Assembly (NCBI GenBank): GCA_965238275.1
Contig: OZ250186.1
Span: 960,001-1,024,000, forward strand
Source: Nitrosopumilus sp.
Lineage (GTDB): Archaea; Thermoproteota; Nitrososphaeria; Nitrososphaerales; Nitrosopumilaceae
Direction of reading: 5' to 3'
DNA length: 64,000 nucleotides
A program made the translations under genes and the position numbers. The notes under the pieces are model-generated. The model was not told the origin of the DNA. It saw only the letters and a list, made by a program, of their open reading frames with translations, and ran no database searches. Positions 21,601 through 30,539 of the stretch are shown piece after piece (within the stretch, counting starts at the first letter, position 1; every line of letters begins with the position of its first letter).

Positions 21601-21876
21601 ATGGCAGGGTACCGGACGCACATCAAGATTGTGGGTGACATACTGACAACTGCCCGGGATGAGGACGGATCCACTGTTACCCATCTGATAAGAACTGCAA
21701 ACATACCACATTCCAGAATCTCAGGAATCCTGCAGATTCTGGTGTCGCATGGACTTTTAGAGGTGACGCAGACCAGGGGATCCAGCATGTTTATGATAAG
21801 CAGGTCCGGGAGGGAGTTTCTCCAGGCATACTACGAGTTTGTAGACTTTGTAGATAACTTTGGGCTTAACATCTAG
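21601..21876 (+). CDS. Winged-helix transcriptional regulator (paralog of 19180-19461)
   Basis: YRTHIKIVGDIL...TANIPHSRI...ISRSGREFL. Confidence 0.85.
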   Translation: MAGYRTHIKIVGDILTTARDEDGSTVTHLIRTANIPHSRISGILQILVSHGLLEVTQTRGSSMFMISRSGREFLQAYYEFVDFVDNFGLNI

Positions 21877-21941
21877 TCAAACTCGCCGTCTTCAAAGTCG
21901 TCTTCAAAGTCAGTATCCCAGACTTCAAGGGGTTCGGACAT
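21873..21941 (-). CDS. Putative 22-aa acidic microprotein MSEPLEVWDTDFEDDFEDGEFD
   Basis: ATG about 25 bp downstream of TTTAA; shares a CTAG stop overlap with the convergent gene. Confidence 0.35.
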   Translation of the reverse strand: MSEPLEVWDTDFEDDFEDGEFD

Positions 21942-22022
21942 ACCCCGGAGGGAGATCTGATCCCGTTAAAAGTCTACCCAAAATGCACTCTGTTAACTCT
22001 TCGTGTGTTTTCCCAAATCGAA

Positions 22023-22224
22023 GGCTCTGGTAAATTCTAGTGATCTCTAATGTTCACTGCTCAAAAGTGTGTTTTAGGCTCTTCTCCAGATTCGGCTCCG
22101 CCGCATTTCGTCAGGGTGTTCAAAAGTGTCATGTCTCCAATAATGCTGTTCAAAAGTGAGCTTGGCCACACCCGCACCTTGGTGGTAGATTTCGGTGATC
22201 AGATCACTAGAATTTACCAGAGCC
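22023..22224 (+). mobile_element. 202-bp MITE, copy 1 (24-bp perfect TIRs GGCTCTGGTAAATTCTAGTGATCT)
   Basis: TIRs at both ends; near-identical inverted copy at 22972-23173. Confidence 0.9.
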
Positions 22225-22418
22225 GATATGGCGTGCAGGCTCATCCAAGATCTTCTCTTGTGACATGCAACCTGCATGTCTCGCGCCTTGCCGGATGGCG
22301 TCTGGTCGATCATCTGGAGAATCTTTTCTCAGTTCGTATCCTGCAAGAACCCGTCGCCCCTGGGCAGCCTGTCATTCCTGCACAGCGCCTTTGAAAATAT
22401 CAGGCCAATTTTCAACAT
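22225..22418 (-). pseudogene. Possible degenerate IS630-like transposase N-terminal fragment
   Basis: LPRGDGFLQDTN*EKILQMIDQTPSGKARDMQVACHKRR with internal TGA, truncated at the MITE; family resemblance from memory only. Confidence 0.35.
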
Positions 22419-22547
22419 GTTCCAGGATCAAAATTTTTCGATTGCGTTTGCCCACAAATCCGCACCGTCAAATTAGCGAAACATTATGTCCCCGACTATG
22501 CGTCGCATCGTGGAATGTTTTTTACATGTCGCAGCCGCCAGCGTAGC

Positions 22548-22865
22548 ATGACGCACAGGTGGTGGTTTGCGGCTCTTGCAGCCTCGGGGATTTTTGCCGG
22601 ACACATGACATTTGATGCATTTATCCTCATCGGGTACGTTGGCGTTGGGTGCTACGCATTGACTGCATGGGTCATTGCCGCTACATCCTTCGGGGTCGTC
22701 GCATGGCGGATGCGCGCTAGGAATATTCTCCGGTGGTGGCACGTAGTCCTGGTGTTTGCCATCGGCGGATCGTCGTTTGTGGGCCAAGGTGGCGTGATGT
22801 GGCCAATATGCATACCCGGACCGGAGTTCCACGAGATAAATCTGAGGGTGGGCACAAGCCCGTGA
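22548..22865 (+). CDS. Hypothetical membrane protein between the inverted MITEs
   Basis: About 3 hydrophobic segments, Trp-rich. Confidence 0.5.
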   Translation: MTHRWWFAALAASGIFAGHMTFDAFILIGYVGVGCYALTAWVIAATSFGVVAWRMRARNILRWWHVVLVFAIGGSSFVGQGGVMWPICIPGPEFHEINLRVGTSP

Positions 22866-22971
22866 CTGTCAAAGATTTTTGATTTACCGCCACATCTTAA
22901 AATTGTAAGAGCAGTATGATGGTATGTACTCAGGTCCAATACAATTCTAGGCACGAATTTGCAAGAATTAT

Positions 22972-23173
22972 GGCTCTGGTAAATTCTAGTGATCTGATCA
23001 CCGAAATCTACCACCAAGGTGCGGGTGTGGTCCGACTTACTTTTGAACAGCATTATTGGAGACATGACACTTTTGAACACCCTGACGAAATGCGGCGGAG
23101 CCGAATCTGGAGAAGAACCTAAAACACACTTTTGAGCAGTGAACATTAGAGATCACTAGAATTTACCAGAGCC
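22972..23173 (-). mobile_element. 202-bp MITE, copy 2 (inverted)
   Basis: Reverse complement of 22023-22224 with about 6 substitutions. Confidence 0.9.
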
Positions 23174-23245
23174 TGAATCTGGAGAAACCACCCGAAGAGT
23201 TAAGAGCCCCAAAATGGTAATAAGACAAGTGCTGACAGGACTGCC

Positions 23246-23842
23246 ATGAGGGTAACTTGCAGCAGGCATGGGATACAGCAAGCGTCTGAGATTATAATGC
23301 GTGGCGGAATTGCCGTATTTCCCACGGATACGGTTTATGGAATAGGGTGCAATCCACGCAACAGGGAGTCTGTCCAAAGGATCTACAAGATAAAGTCCCG
23401 GGATCCCTCAAAACCTCTGCCCGTTCTGGTTCACTCCCGGGAGACGGCAGAAAAGATAGCCATATTTGATGATGCCAGCAGCAGGATGGCCGCAAGATTC
23501 TGGCCCGGCCCGCTGACTATGCTGCTGAAGGTGGCAGATGGGAATCTGAAGACTGCATTGAACCTGGATGACAAAATCGCACTCCGTGTACCGAATCACA
23601 GATGTACACAGGAACTTCTCAGGATATGCGGCATGTTGGTGGGCACCAGCGCAAACGTCTCTGGACATGTACCGTTTACGAATCCTGAACGCTGCCCCAA
23701 AGAGATACGGAACTGTGACGTCTTTGTGGACGGGGGGGTGGTTCAGGGCGGTGTCGAATCCACAATAGTCGAGTCAGAAGACGGAGAGATTAGAATAATC
23801 CGGGAGGGATTCCTGGACAGGGAGACTGTGTTGGGGTTATGA
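23246..23842 (+). CDS. sua5: L-threonylcarbamoyladenylate synthase (Sua5/YrdC)
   Basis: FPTDTVYGIGC, KSRDPSKPL, FWPGPLT, TSANVSG. Confidence 0.93.
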   Translation: MRVTCSRHGIQQASEIIMRGGIAVFPTDTVYGIGCNPRNRESVQRIYKIKSRDPSKPLPVLVHSRETAEKIAIFDDASSRMAARFWPGPLTMLLKVADGNLKTALNLDDKIALRVPNHRCTQELLRICGMLVGTSANVSGHVPFTNPERCPKEIRNCDVFVDGGVVQGGVESTIVESEDGEIRIIREGFLDRETVLGL

Positions 23843-24381
23843 ACCTGATCGTCACATGCCCACGACATTACGAGCCTGATGCAGCCGATGAGATCCGGGG
23901 CATTTTAGATGTGCTTGGAGATCCGGACGCCGAGACATCGATTACCAAGATTTCCGGAATACTTACTGCCAGTACAAGTCTTGAGCCGGTGGAGACTGTG
24001 AGAAAGATCAGAGACATGCTTCTTGACGAGCCGTGGAGCATCAGGTACTGCATGAGGGTCATACCGATTCAGCAGACCGTTGATACCGGAATCGAGGAGA
24101 TCCAGAAGGCAGTGGCAGGACTGCCAGGACAAATCTCCGACGGAGAGACATACAGGATTTCAATTGAGAAGAGAAACACGAACATCTCCAGCAGGGATGT
24201 CATCTCAAGACTTGCAGACATGGTAAACGGTACCGTCTCCCTGGAATTCCCAGACAAGATCATTCTAGTTGAGATTCTGGGTGGCAGAACCGGGGTCTCG
24301 ATACTGAAGAGTTCAGACATACTGAGCGTAGAGAAGACAAAACGCAGCATGTCAGAGCAGGACAGCGGCTCTCTCGACTAG
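23839..24381 (+). CDS. THUMP-domain RNA-binding protein
   Basis: NLIVTC, RVIPIQ, YRISIEKR, VSLEFPDKIILVEILG. Confidence 0.88.
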   Translation: MNLIVTCPRHYEPDAADEIRGILDVLGDPDAETSITKISGILTASTSLEPVETVRKIRDMLLDEPWSIRYCMRVIPIQQTVDTGIEEIQKAVAGLPGQISDGETYRISIEKRNTNISSRDVISRLADMVNGTVSLEFPDKIILVEILGGRTGVSILKSSDILSVEKTKRSMSEQDSGSLD

Positions 24382-25122
24382 AATATCCTCCAGAGGAGTG
24401 TCTGAGCAGACAACATCAAGCTGTCTTTTTGTAATCTTGAAGTGCCTTTTGAGAAAAGCGCTACTGCCTTTTAGGAACAGGCCGTCTGAGAGTGGCGCCA
24501 GCCTCCTACATAACGAGTTTAATGTATTCCTGTTTCCGATGGCAATCAGGATAAAGCCGTACCCGGGCCTGATTCCGGCGTTTGTTATAGCCTCGGAGAT
24601 CTGCCCTGTCAGCGCAAAACGCATCAGCATGTCCGTCTCCAGTTTTTTTGAAAGCAGGATGTCGTTTCTTTCTGCCTCCAATGAAACGTTGAGAATTTTT
24701 TCAAGATGTCCCCGGCCCGCCACAAAATTCTTAGAGACTGCCTGGAACAGGATTCCTGGATATGTGCATCTTAAATCCTCTAGAAACCCTGCCCCGACGG
24801 CTTTATTCCCCCTGAGACCTATTATTTGAATCTGTTTTCTGCGTATCCTCAGGGACAGCATTCCTGATCCTCCGTGAATGACTGGTATGATACTTACAAC
24901 GTCGGAGTCGTGTATTATTGTGGCCCTGCCCTGCATTGCCGAGGAATCAGTACCGTTGACTGCGATCAGTATGTTTGCAGTGTCAAATTCGTAGGAGTCT
25001 GCAGGCTTTATCTCTACTAACAAATCAAGCAGATCCCCGATGGAGAGATCAACTCTGTTGATCTGTATCTGGTCGGTTTGAAAGGATTTTTTTGCGCCTC
25101 CCATAAGTTTTACAGTGATCAT
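24352..25122 (-). CDS. Ubiquitin-like (MoaD/ThiS/SAMP) domain fused to KEOPS subunit Cgi121
   Basis: Ubl N-terminus ending IIPVIHGG; C-terminal LETDMLMRFALTGQISEAI...GI and ILVERAAVL. Confidence 0.82.
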   Translation of the reverse strand: MITVKLMGGAKKSFQTDQIQINRVDLSIGDLLDLLVEIKPADSYEFDTANILIAVNGTDSSAMQGRATIIHDSDVVSIIPVIHGGSGMLSLRIRRKQIQIIGLRGNKAVGAGFLEDLRCTYPGILFQAVSKNFVAGRGHLEKILNVSLEAERNDILLSKKLETDMLMRFALTGQISEAITNAGIRPGYGFILIAIGNRNTLNSLCRRLAPLSDGLFLKGSSAFLKRHFKITKRQLDVVCSDTPLEDILVERAAVLL

Positions 25123-25155
25123 TCTATCCAATTTGGAAACTGGGGGATAATACTG

Positions 25156-26006
25156 TTATTCCGTCCTTGCAGGCTCTTCATCCGTGCCAGAAACGTTCTC
25201 TGGTGGTTTGGAATCTGTTTGTACCGGTTCCGTGACTGCTTGTTCCACCACTGGCTCTGAAACTGCCTGCTCTGCCGCCGCCGGTTCCTGCTCCACCACT
25301 GGCTCTGAAACTGCCTGCTCTGCCGCCGCCGGTTCCTGCTCCACCACTGGCTCTGAAACTGCCTGCTCTGCCGCCGCCGGTTCCTGCTCCACCACTGGCT
25401 CTGAAACTGCCTGCTCTGCCGCCGCCGGTTCCTGCTCCACCACTGGCTCTGAAACTGCCTGCTCTGCTCCACCACTGGCTCTGAAACTGCCTGCTCTGCC
25501 GCCGCCGGTTCCTGCTCCACCACTGGCTCTGAAACTGCCTGCTCTGGCTCCACCACTGGCTCTGAAACTGCCTGCTCTGAAACTGCCTGCTCTGCCGCCG
25601 CCGGTTCCTGCTCCACCACTGGCTCTGAAACTGCCTGCTCTGCCGCCGCCGGTTCCTGCTCCACCACTGGCTCTGAAACTGCCTGCTCTGCCGCCGCCGG
25701 TTCCTGCTCCACCACTGGCTCTGAAACTGCCTGCTCTGCTGCTGTTGCTTCTAGTTTGGCTGCCTTGGCAGCAAGTTCTGCCAATTCATTGGCGTGTGCA
25801 GCGTCAATCTGTGCCTGCTTGGTTTTTCTTTCGCGAATCTCCTTTTTGATGAATTTTGTAATGTATCCTGCAATCTCGTTTTTGAGTCCCTTGGAACGGA
25901 TAATTGACACCTCTCCGAGAATCTTCTTATTGTCAGAAAAACTCTCTCCAAATTTTGACTTGTGCTTGTCCAGCACGTCATACGAGAGGCGTTTTATTCT
26001 ATCCAC
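25156..26006 (-). CDS. rps17e: 30S ribosomal protein eS17 with repeat-encoded acidic C-terminal tail; apparent frameshift near 25465
   Basis: MDRIKRLS...FSDNKKIL...SKGLKNEIAGYITK core; as assembled the shifted frame ends at 25119. Confidence 0.88.
25246..25738. repeat. 48-bp tandem repeat array (EQAVSEPVVEQEPAAA), about 10 units with truncated units
   Basis: Unit ccaccactggctctgaaactgcctgctctgccgccgccggttcctgct. Confidence 0.95.
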
Positions 26007-26036
26007 GCTCGTCTAAACAGACGGGGTTTTTTATAC

Positions 26037-26792
26037 CTATATTCTGAGGAATGATTCCGTGTTTTTCTCTAACATGACTGCCGTCTCGTCAAACGTTCTT
26101 CCAATGACCTTTGATGCGCAAAATATGACACTTGGAATGAAACTAACCTGCCCTGACTTTCCCTCAAAGCATCTGGAAAACCTTACAGGACCGTCAGTCT
26201 CTACAAGAATCCTTGACTTGTCTGTTCTAGACAGCAAGGCCTGCTTGTCATTTGCGTAAACTGTCACAGGTCCATAGGATACAAAGAATCCCATGTCCAT
26301 TGCCCTTCGAAGCTGTCTTTTGTTTCCATCAAACCAGTGAAGCAGGGCACGGGTCGCATCATAGGACGTCATTATTTCAAGGATGTCGTCAAGGCTCTTT
26401 CTTGCGTGAATGGATACGGGTTTGTCAAACCTCTCTGCACATGCCATCAGCGTTTCAAAGACATGAACCTGCCTCCTTGCCTCCTTGCCATCCCTTGTGT
26501 ATGTGGGATCCAGTCCTATCTCCCCTATTCCGGCGATATCAGAGTGGGACTGCTCTATCATCCCAACCATCTCTTCAAGATTGTCATCTGCATGCTCTGG
26601 ATGAATCCCGACAAAGGGAAGAACCAAGTCGTCCCTCTCTGCAATCCTGACTGTCTGTAGGGAATTTTCTACGCTTACCGAGACGCAGCATGCCTTGATC
26701 CTCAAATGCCTCATCTGCATCAAGATGAGATCCATGTCCTTGGCGTAGGCGGGATCAGACAGGTGAATGTGGGCGTCAAAGTACCATGTCAT
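26037..26792 (-). CDS. tatD: TatD-family hydrolase
   Basis: DAHIHL, GIHPE, GEIGLD, LHWF, LVETDGP. Confidence 0.92.
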   Translation of the reverse strand: MTWYFDAHIHLSDPAYAKDMDLILMQMRHLRIKACCVSVSVENSLQTVRIAERDDLVLPFVGIHPEHADDNLEEMVGMIEQSHSDIAGIGEIGLDPTYTRDGKEARRQVHVFETLMACAERFDKPVSIHARKSLDDILEIMTSYDATRALLHWFDGNKRQLRRAMDMGFFVSYGPVTVYANDKQALLSRTDKSRILVETDGPVRFSRCFEGKSGQVSFIPSVIFCASKVIGRTFDETAVMLEKNTESFLRI

Positions 26793-26882
26793 TGTTCTGT
26801 CACTCCAAGAGCAGTAGTATTTGATGTCCTGTTAATATTTTTTCACTCATCCTCTTTTTTTAAGGAAACCAGAGCAAATTTC

Positions 26883-27104
26883 ATGCGATCATCGGAACTG
26901 GGAATGTCTGCCATGTATAGATTCCTGAAGAAGGCGGGAGCCGAGAGGGTCAGCGACGAATCGGCAGATGAACTAAGAAGGGTGGTAGAGGAGATTGCCA
27001 GTAGCATTGCAAGGAATGCCGTAGAGATGGCATCACATGCAAGGCGGAGAACGGTAAAGGGCGAGGACGTAAAAATGGCCTCAAGGCAGTTTACCCGATT
27101 TTAA
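26883..27104 (+). CDS. Archaeal histone
   Basis: RFLKKAGAERVSDES...HARRRTVKGEDV histone fold. Confidence 0.92.
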   Translation: MRSSELGMSAMYRFLKKAGAERVSDESADELRRVVEEIASSIARNAVEMASHARRRTVKGEDVKMASRQFTRF

Positions 27105-27143
27105 TCTAAAGGATTTAATTATTCACATCGTGTTTTGCAAAAC

Positions 27144-27215
27144 GGTGCGGTGGCAGAACGGTTATGCGTGGGCCTGCAAAGCCTATACAAGGGGGTTCGA
27201 CTCCCTCCCTCACCT
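27144..27215 (+). tRNA. tRNA-Cys(GCA)
   Basis: TGGGC-CTGCAAA-GCCTA anticodon arm, GGTTCGACTCC T-loop; one C5:U68 acceptor mismatch. Confidence 0.9.
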
Positions 27216-27216
27216 T

Positions 27217-27636
27217 CTACTCTACAACCACCTGTCCCACCATCCATGGATGGAGGGTACAAAAGTAGTCAATCGTGCCTGCCTGCTCGAAGGTAACCGT
27301 GTATGAATCGTATGGATTCATGTATCCGCTGTCAAACAGATCAGTCGGGGCGTCATAAAAGCCGGATGTCACGCTGTGGAATGCAGAATCCTCGTTGACC
27401 CATGTCACGTCTGCCCCTCTTTCAACTGTGATCCTGGTCGGAACGTAACACCCTTCAGTCTCCTCGCAGCCCGGGCGGGACACCTTTGTGGGCATTATCA
27501 CGTCGGCTGCCACGTCTGTATCCTCTGTCTTCTCTAATTCCACATCAGCCGGCTCGGCATCATCATTATTATTGGAAGTGCCAAGCGCGGCTGCGATGAC
27601 GAGTACAAGAACCGCCATTCCGCCAACCGCTATCAT
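27217..27636 (-). CDS. Blue copper (cupredoxin) protein, membrane-anchored
   Basis: WVNEDSAFHSVTSG, YFCTLHPWM type-1 Cu ligands. Confidence 0.92.
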   Translation of the reverse strand: MIAVGGMAVLVLVIAAALGTSNNNDDAEPADVELEKTEDTDVAADVIMPTKVSRPGCEETEGCYVPTRITVERGADVTWVNEDSAFHSVTSGFYDAPTDLFDSGYMNPYDSYTVTFEQAGTIDYFCTLHPWMVGQVVVE

Positions 27637-27898
27637 TTTTCCTGGCAGGTCATCTCACACCCCGGAGATCATTCATGATGGTTACTGGTGTATCAGGACA
27701 TGTTATCATTGTAACTGATCGCCGGTGGCACAAATCTGAATCATGCGTACAAGCCGCTCACATAATCGGAACTGTCTGGCACTTCCGATTAACAAGTCCG
27801 TGCAGCCGATTACTTGTACCCTACAGACCGTATGATACTGCATCCGCTACCTGCCAGGATCTGAAATCCCTGATTTGACGCAACAGGCGAATCCGGCA

Positions 27899-27959
27899 GT
27901 AACTGTTTAGGTTCGATGTCTGCAGCATTGTGGAATTAGGCGTAAACCTAACCACTTAC
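27899..27959 (-). mobile_element. 61-bp MITE (GTAA termini, IS66-like), 8-bp TSD ATCCGGCA
   Basis: Reverse complement of 46371-46431; TSD at 27891-27898 and 27960-27967. Confidence 0.9.
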
Positions 27960-28007
27960 ATCCGGCATTCGTAAAAAGATAAAAGGAGTCCGCTATCCAT
28001 GTTCTTC

Positions 28008-28289
28008 ATGAGCCGTACCTGTACAAAGTGCAAGGGTGCAATACCTGATGACGAGAATCTTGACATGGTTGCAGCAAAGTATCCTGCATGCAACAAGTGC
28101 TGGAACGAGTGGAAGGAATACCGTGTAATGGTGATGAACGAGATGAGGCTTGACATGTCGATACCGGACCACAGAAAACTGGTCAAAAAACACGAGAAGA
28201 TCTTCATTGGCGTCATGTCCCCTGACGGAGAGGTGATAGACTATTCCAACGAGGACAATCGGAAGCCCGATGATCCCCCGGCCTGCTAG
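28008..28289 (+). CDS. YggX-like Fe(II)-trafficking/oxidative damage protection protein
   Basis: CWNEWKEYRVMVMNEMRLDMSIPDHRK. Confidence 0.7.
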   Translation: MSRTCTKCKGAIPDDENLDMVAAKYPACNKCWNEWKEYRVMVMNEMRLDMSIPDHRKLVKKHEKIFIGVMSPDGEVIDYSNEDNRKPDDPPAC

Positions 28290-28750
28290 TAGACTCCAAG
28301 ATGCTTTTTGGCGTTATCCGGAATCATGAGCAGCATTCTTCTCTTGTCTGCCACATCAAGGCTATCTATGATTCCCCTGACAGTCTTTGAAAGTATGTCC
28401 GTCTCTCTTGCGTCGAGCGTCAGAAATATCTCCAGAATGCCGTCCAGATTGAACTCAATCAGCTTTTGCGGGGATTGCAGTGATGCTGTAATGTATGCCC
28501 GGAACAGCCCCTCCCTCTGCTCCTCAGTCAGCGTTGCAAGTATCTCAAGCCATGTCTTGAAGAGTTTTGCAAAGTTGGGAAACGGGATAGTCGGCCCTGC
28601 ATCCAGCGCGTGGCCTATAACTTCATCCCTCTCCGATTCCGAGAGCGAAAAAAACTCCATCATTCTCTTCTTTAGAATGGGGGTTCTTAGAAAGTCGGGA
28701 AGGCTGGCAAGGTTGACTATTATGTTTCCTGCAAAGTTCTCTCCTAGCAT
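28286..28750 (-). CDS. Hypothetical protein
   Basis: 154-aa helical ORF. Confidence 0.75.
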   Translation of the reverse strand: MLGENFAGNIIVNLASLPDFLRTPILKKRMMEFFSLSESERDEVIGHALDAGPTIPFPNFAKLFKTWLEILATLTEEQREGLFRAYITASLQSPQKLIEFNLDGILEIFLTLDARETDILSKTVRGIIDSLDVADKRRMLLMIPDNAKKHLGVY

Positions 28751-28820
28751 GATTCTGGTACGGGATGCGCCTTCTTATAAAGCACTTTAGATTAAATACA
28801 CGTAGCGAGGATCCCTCAGC

Positions 28821-29822
28821 ATGACGCTGACTGTGGTTGTCGGGGGTTTTTTTGGAGATGAAGGCAAGGGAAAGATCATCTCATATCTGGCAGTCCAGGA
28901 CAATCCTGAGATTGTAGTCCGGGGAGGGGCCGGTCCCAACGCAGGCCACACCATAAAGGACGATAACCAGACATACAAAGTCCGAATGCTTCCATGCGGG
29001 TTTCTAAACCGGAACGCAAAGGTAATGATAGGCCCCGGCGTTGTAGTTGATCCTGCCGTGCTTGAACGGGAGATTGACAGCTTTGCCCCGGGACGCTCGT
29101 TCATAGACCGGAACTGTGGAATTATTGAGGATACCCACCGGATCAGGGATTCCAAGGGGGATCTGAAGGAGAAGATCGGTAGTACAGGATCCGGCACGGG
29201 TCCTGCCAATGCCGACAGGGCGATGAGGGTGCTGCGTCTTGCAAAGGACTTTGACTCCCTGTCGCATATCTCCGCAGACGTCCCATTGGAGATCAACTCC
29301 GCGCTGTCCGCAGGCCGCAACGTCCTGGTAGAGGGGACGCAGGGCACGTTTCTGTCACTGTGGCACGGGACGTACCCATTTGTAACCTCGAAGGATGTGA
29401 CTGCATCCGGAATATGTGCTGACGTCGGCATAGGGCCCACCAAGGTCGACGAGGTGGTTATAGTCTTCAAGTCGTATGTGACCCGTGTGGGTACAGGACC
29501 GCTTGGCAGGGAGCTTTTGCCCGAGGAGATGGAAAGAAAGGGATGGGCCGAGTTTGGAACAGTCACAGGCCGCCCAAGACGCGCAGCAGAATTTGATTTT
29601 GATCTGGCCCGGCGCGCCATCATGCTTAACGGCGCAACCCAGATATCCATAACAAAGCTTGATGTGCTGTTCCCGGACTGTGCAGGCGGTACGTCCTATG
29701 ACGGACTCTCAGATGATGCCAAGTCATTCATACAAAAGATTGAAGATGAGCTGGGCATCCCTGTAACCCTCATAGGAACCGGACCGGCAGTACAGGATGT
29801 CATTGACAGAAGGACTGGATAG
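28821..29822 (+). CDS. purA: Adenylosuccinate synthetase
   Basis: GDEGKGK, NAGHT, EGTQG, GTYPFVTS, GTVTGRPRR. Confidence 0.97.
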   Translation: MTLTVVVGGFFGDEGKGKIISYLAVQDNPEIVVRGGAGPNAGHTIKDDNQTYKVRMLPCGFLNRNAKVMIGPGVVVDPAVLEREIDSFAPGRSFIDRNCGIIEDTHRIRDSKGDLKEKIGSTGSGTGPANADRAMRVLRLAKDFDSLSHISADVPLEINSALSAGRNVLVEGTQGTFLSLWHGTYPFVTSKDVTASGICADVGIGPTKVDEVVIVFKSYVTRVGTGPLGRELLPEEMERKGWAEFGTVTGRPRRAAEFDFDLARRAIMLNGATQISITKLDVLFPDCAGGTSYDGLSDDAKSFIQKIEDELGIPVTLIGTGPAVQDVIDRRTG

Positions 29823-29852
29823 GTTTAATTTGAAAGAACCCTGAGCCAATCC

Positions 29853-30539
29853 GTGAGCAAGCCCCCTGATTCCCCTGATGACGCGCTACCGCGATACATA
29901 CAGGTAAACTCGATTCTGGAGTTCTCCAGACTCGTCTGCGCACTGGAGAGGGCACCACGCATATCATTTCTGCACGATCACAACGGGCAGAAGATCCTCT
30001 CAGCGCAGATGGACATGCTTATGGACAAGCCCGTAATCTATTACACTCCGATGGAGCATGATGGCCACTACCTGTGCTACGGACTGAGGCGTGGAAGGGA
30101 GGAGTCTGGAATAGTCGACTCTATTGCAGATACCTGCAAACTCTATTCACCGATTGTCCGGATTAAGTCGCTTCCCAAGACGCTGCTTCCAGGCAACGGT
30201 ACCAATGACAGGTATCTCCCAATCGAGCTGGAGGATACATCCAGTCTTGTAAAGCTTACGTGGAATCTTGAGGAGGTGTCGTTTCCGCTGTTTCTATTTC
30301 CGTGCAGGGGCAAGTGGCTGCTGGGACTCTTCATGACCTTTACTGAGGGCGGCATGTCATACTTTTGCCATGTGGTGCTTGATGAGGATCCCCAGATGCC
30401 ATTTCTCAAGTTTTCAACTGCCAACGGCCACCTGCCAGAGTTTGTCCAGGATCCATCCGAGCATGGCTACTCGTACATCAAGATAATAAAACTAAAAGAC
30501 ACGCATCCGCTGATTGACTATGGCCACCTTCAAAACTAG
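29853..30539 (+). CDS. Hypothetical protein
   Basis: 228-aa ORF between purA and pyrF. Confidence 0.75.
   Translation: MSKPPDSPDDALPRYIQVNSILEFSRLVCALERAPRISFLHDHNGQKILSAQMDMLMDKPVIYYTPMEHDGHYLCYGLRRGREESGIVDSIADTCKLYSPIVRIKSLPKTLLPGNGTNDRYLPIELEDTSSLVKLTWNLEEVSFPLFLFPCRGKWLLGLFMTFTEGGMSYFCHVVLDEDPQMPFLKFSTANGHLPEFVQDPSEHGYSYIKIIKLKDTHPLIDYGHLQN

Noticed and set aside
22050-23146. Duplicated ORFs MFTAQKCVLG... (22050-22394 + and 22652-23146 -)
   Set aside because: They are read-through products of the two MITE copies and diverge right after the TIR.
25246-25738. CRISPR array (also considered for 16307-16655 and 51178-51562)
   Set aside because: These are contiguous in-frame coding repeats with no unique spacers, and there are no cas genes.
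27144-27215. tRNA-Cys pseudogene because of the C5:U68 mismatch
   Set aside because: It is a single mismatch and all other arms and the U73 discriminator are intact.
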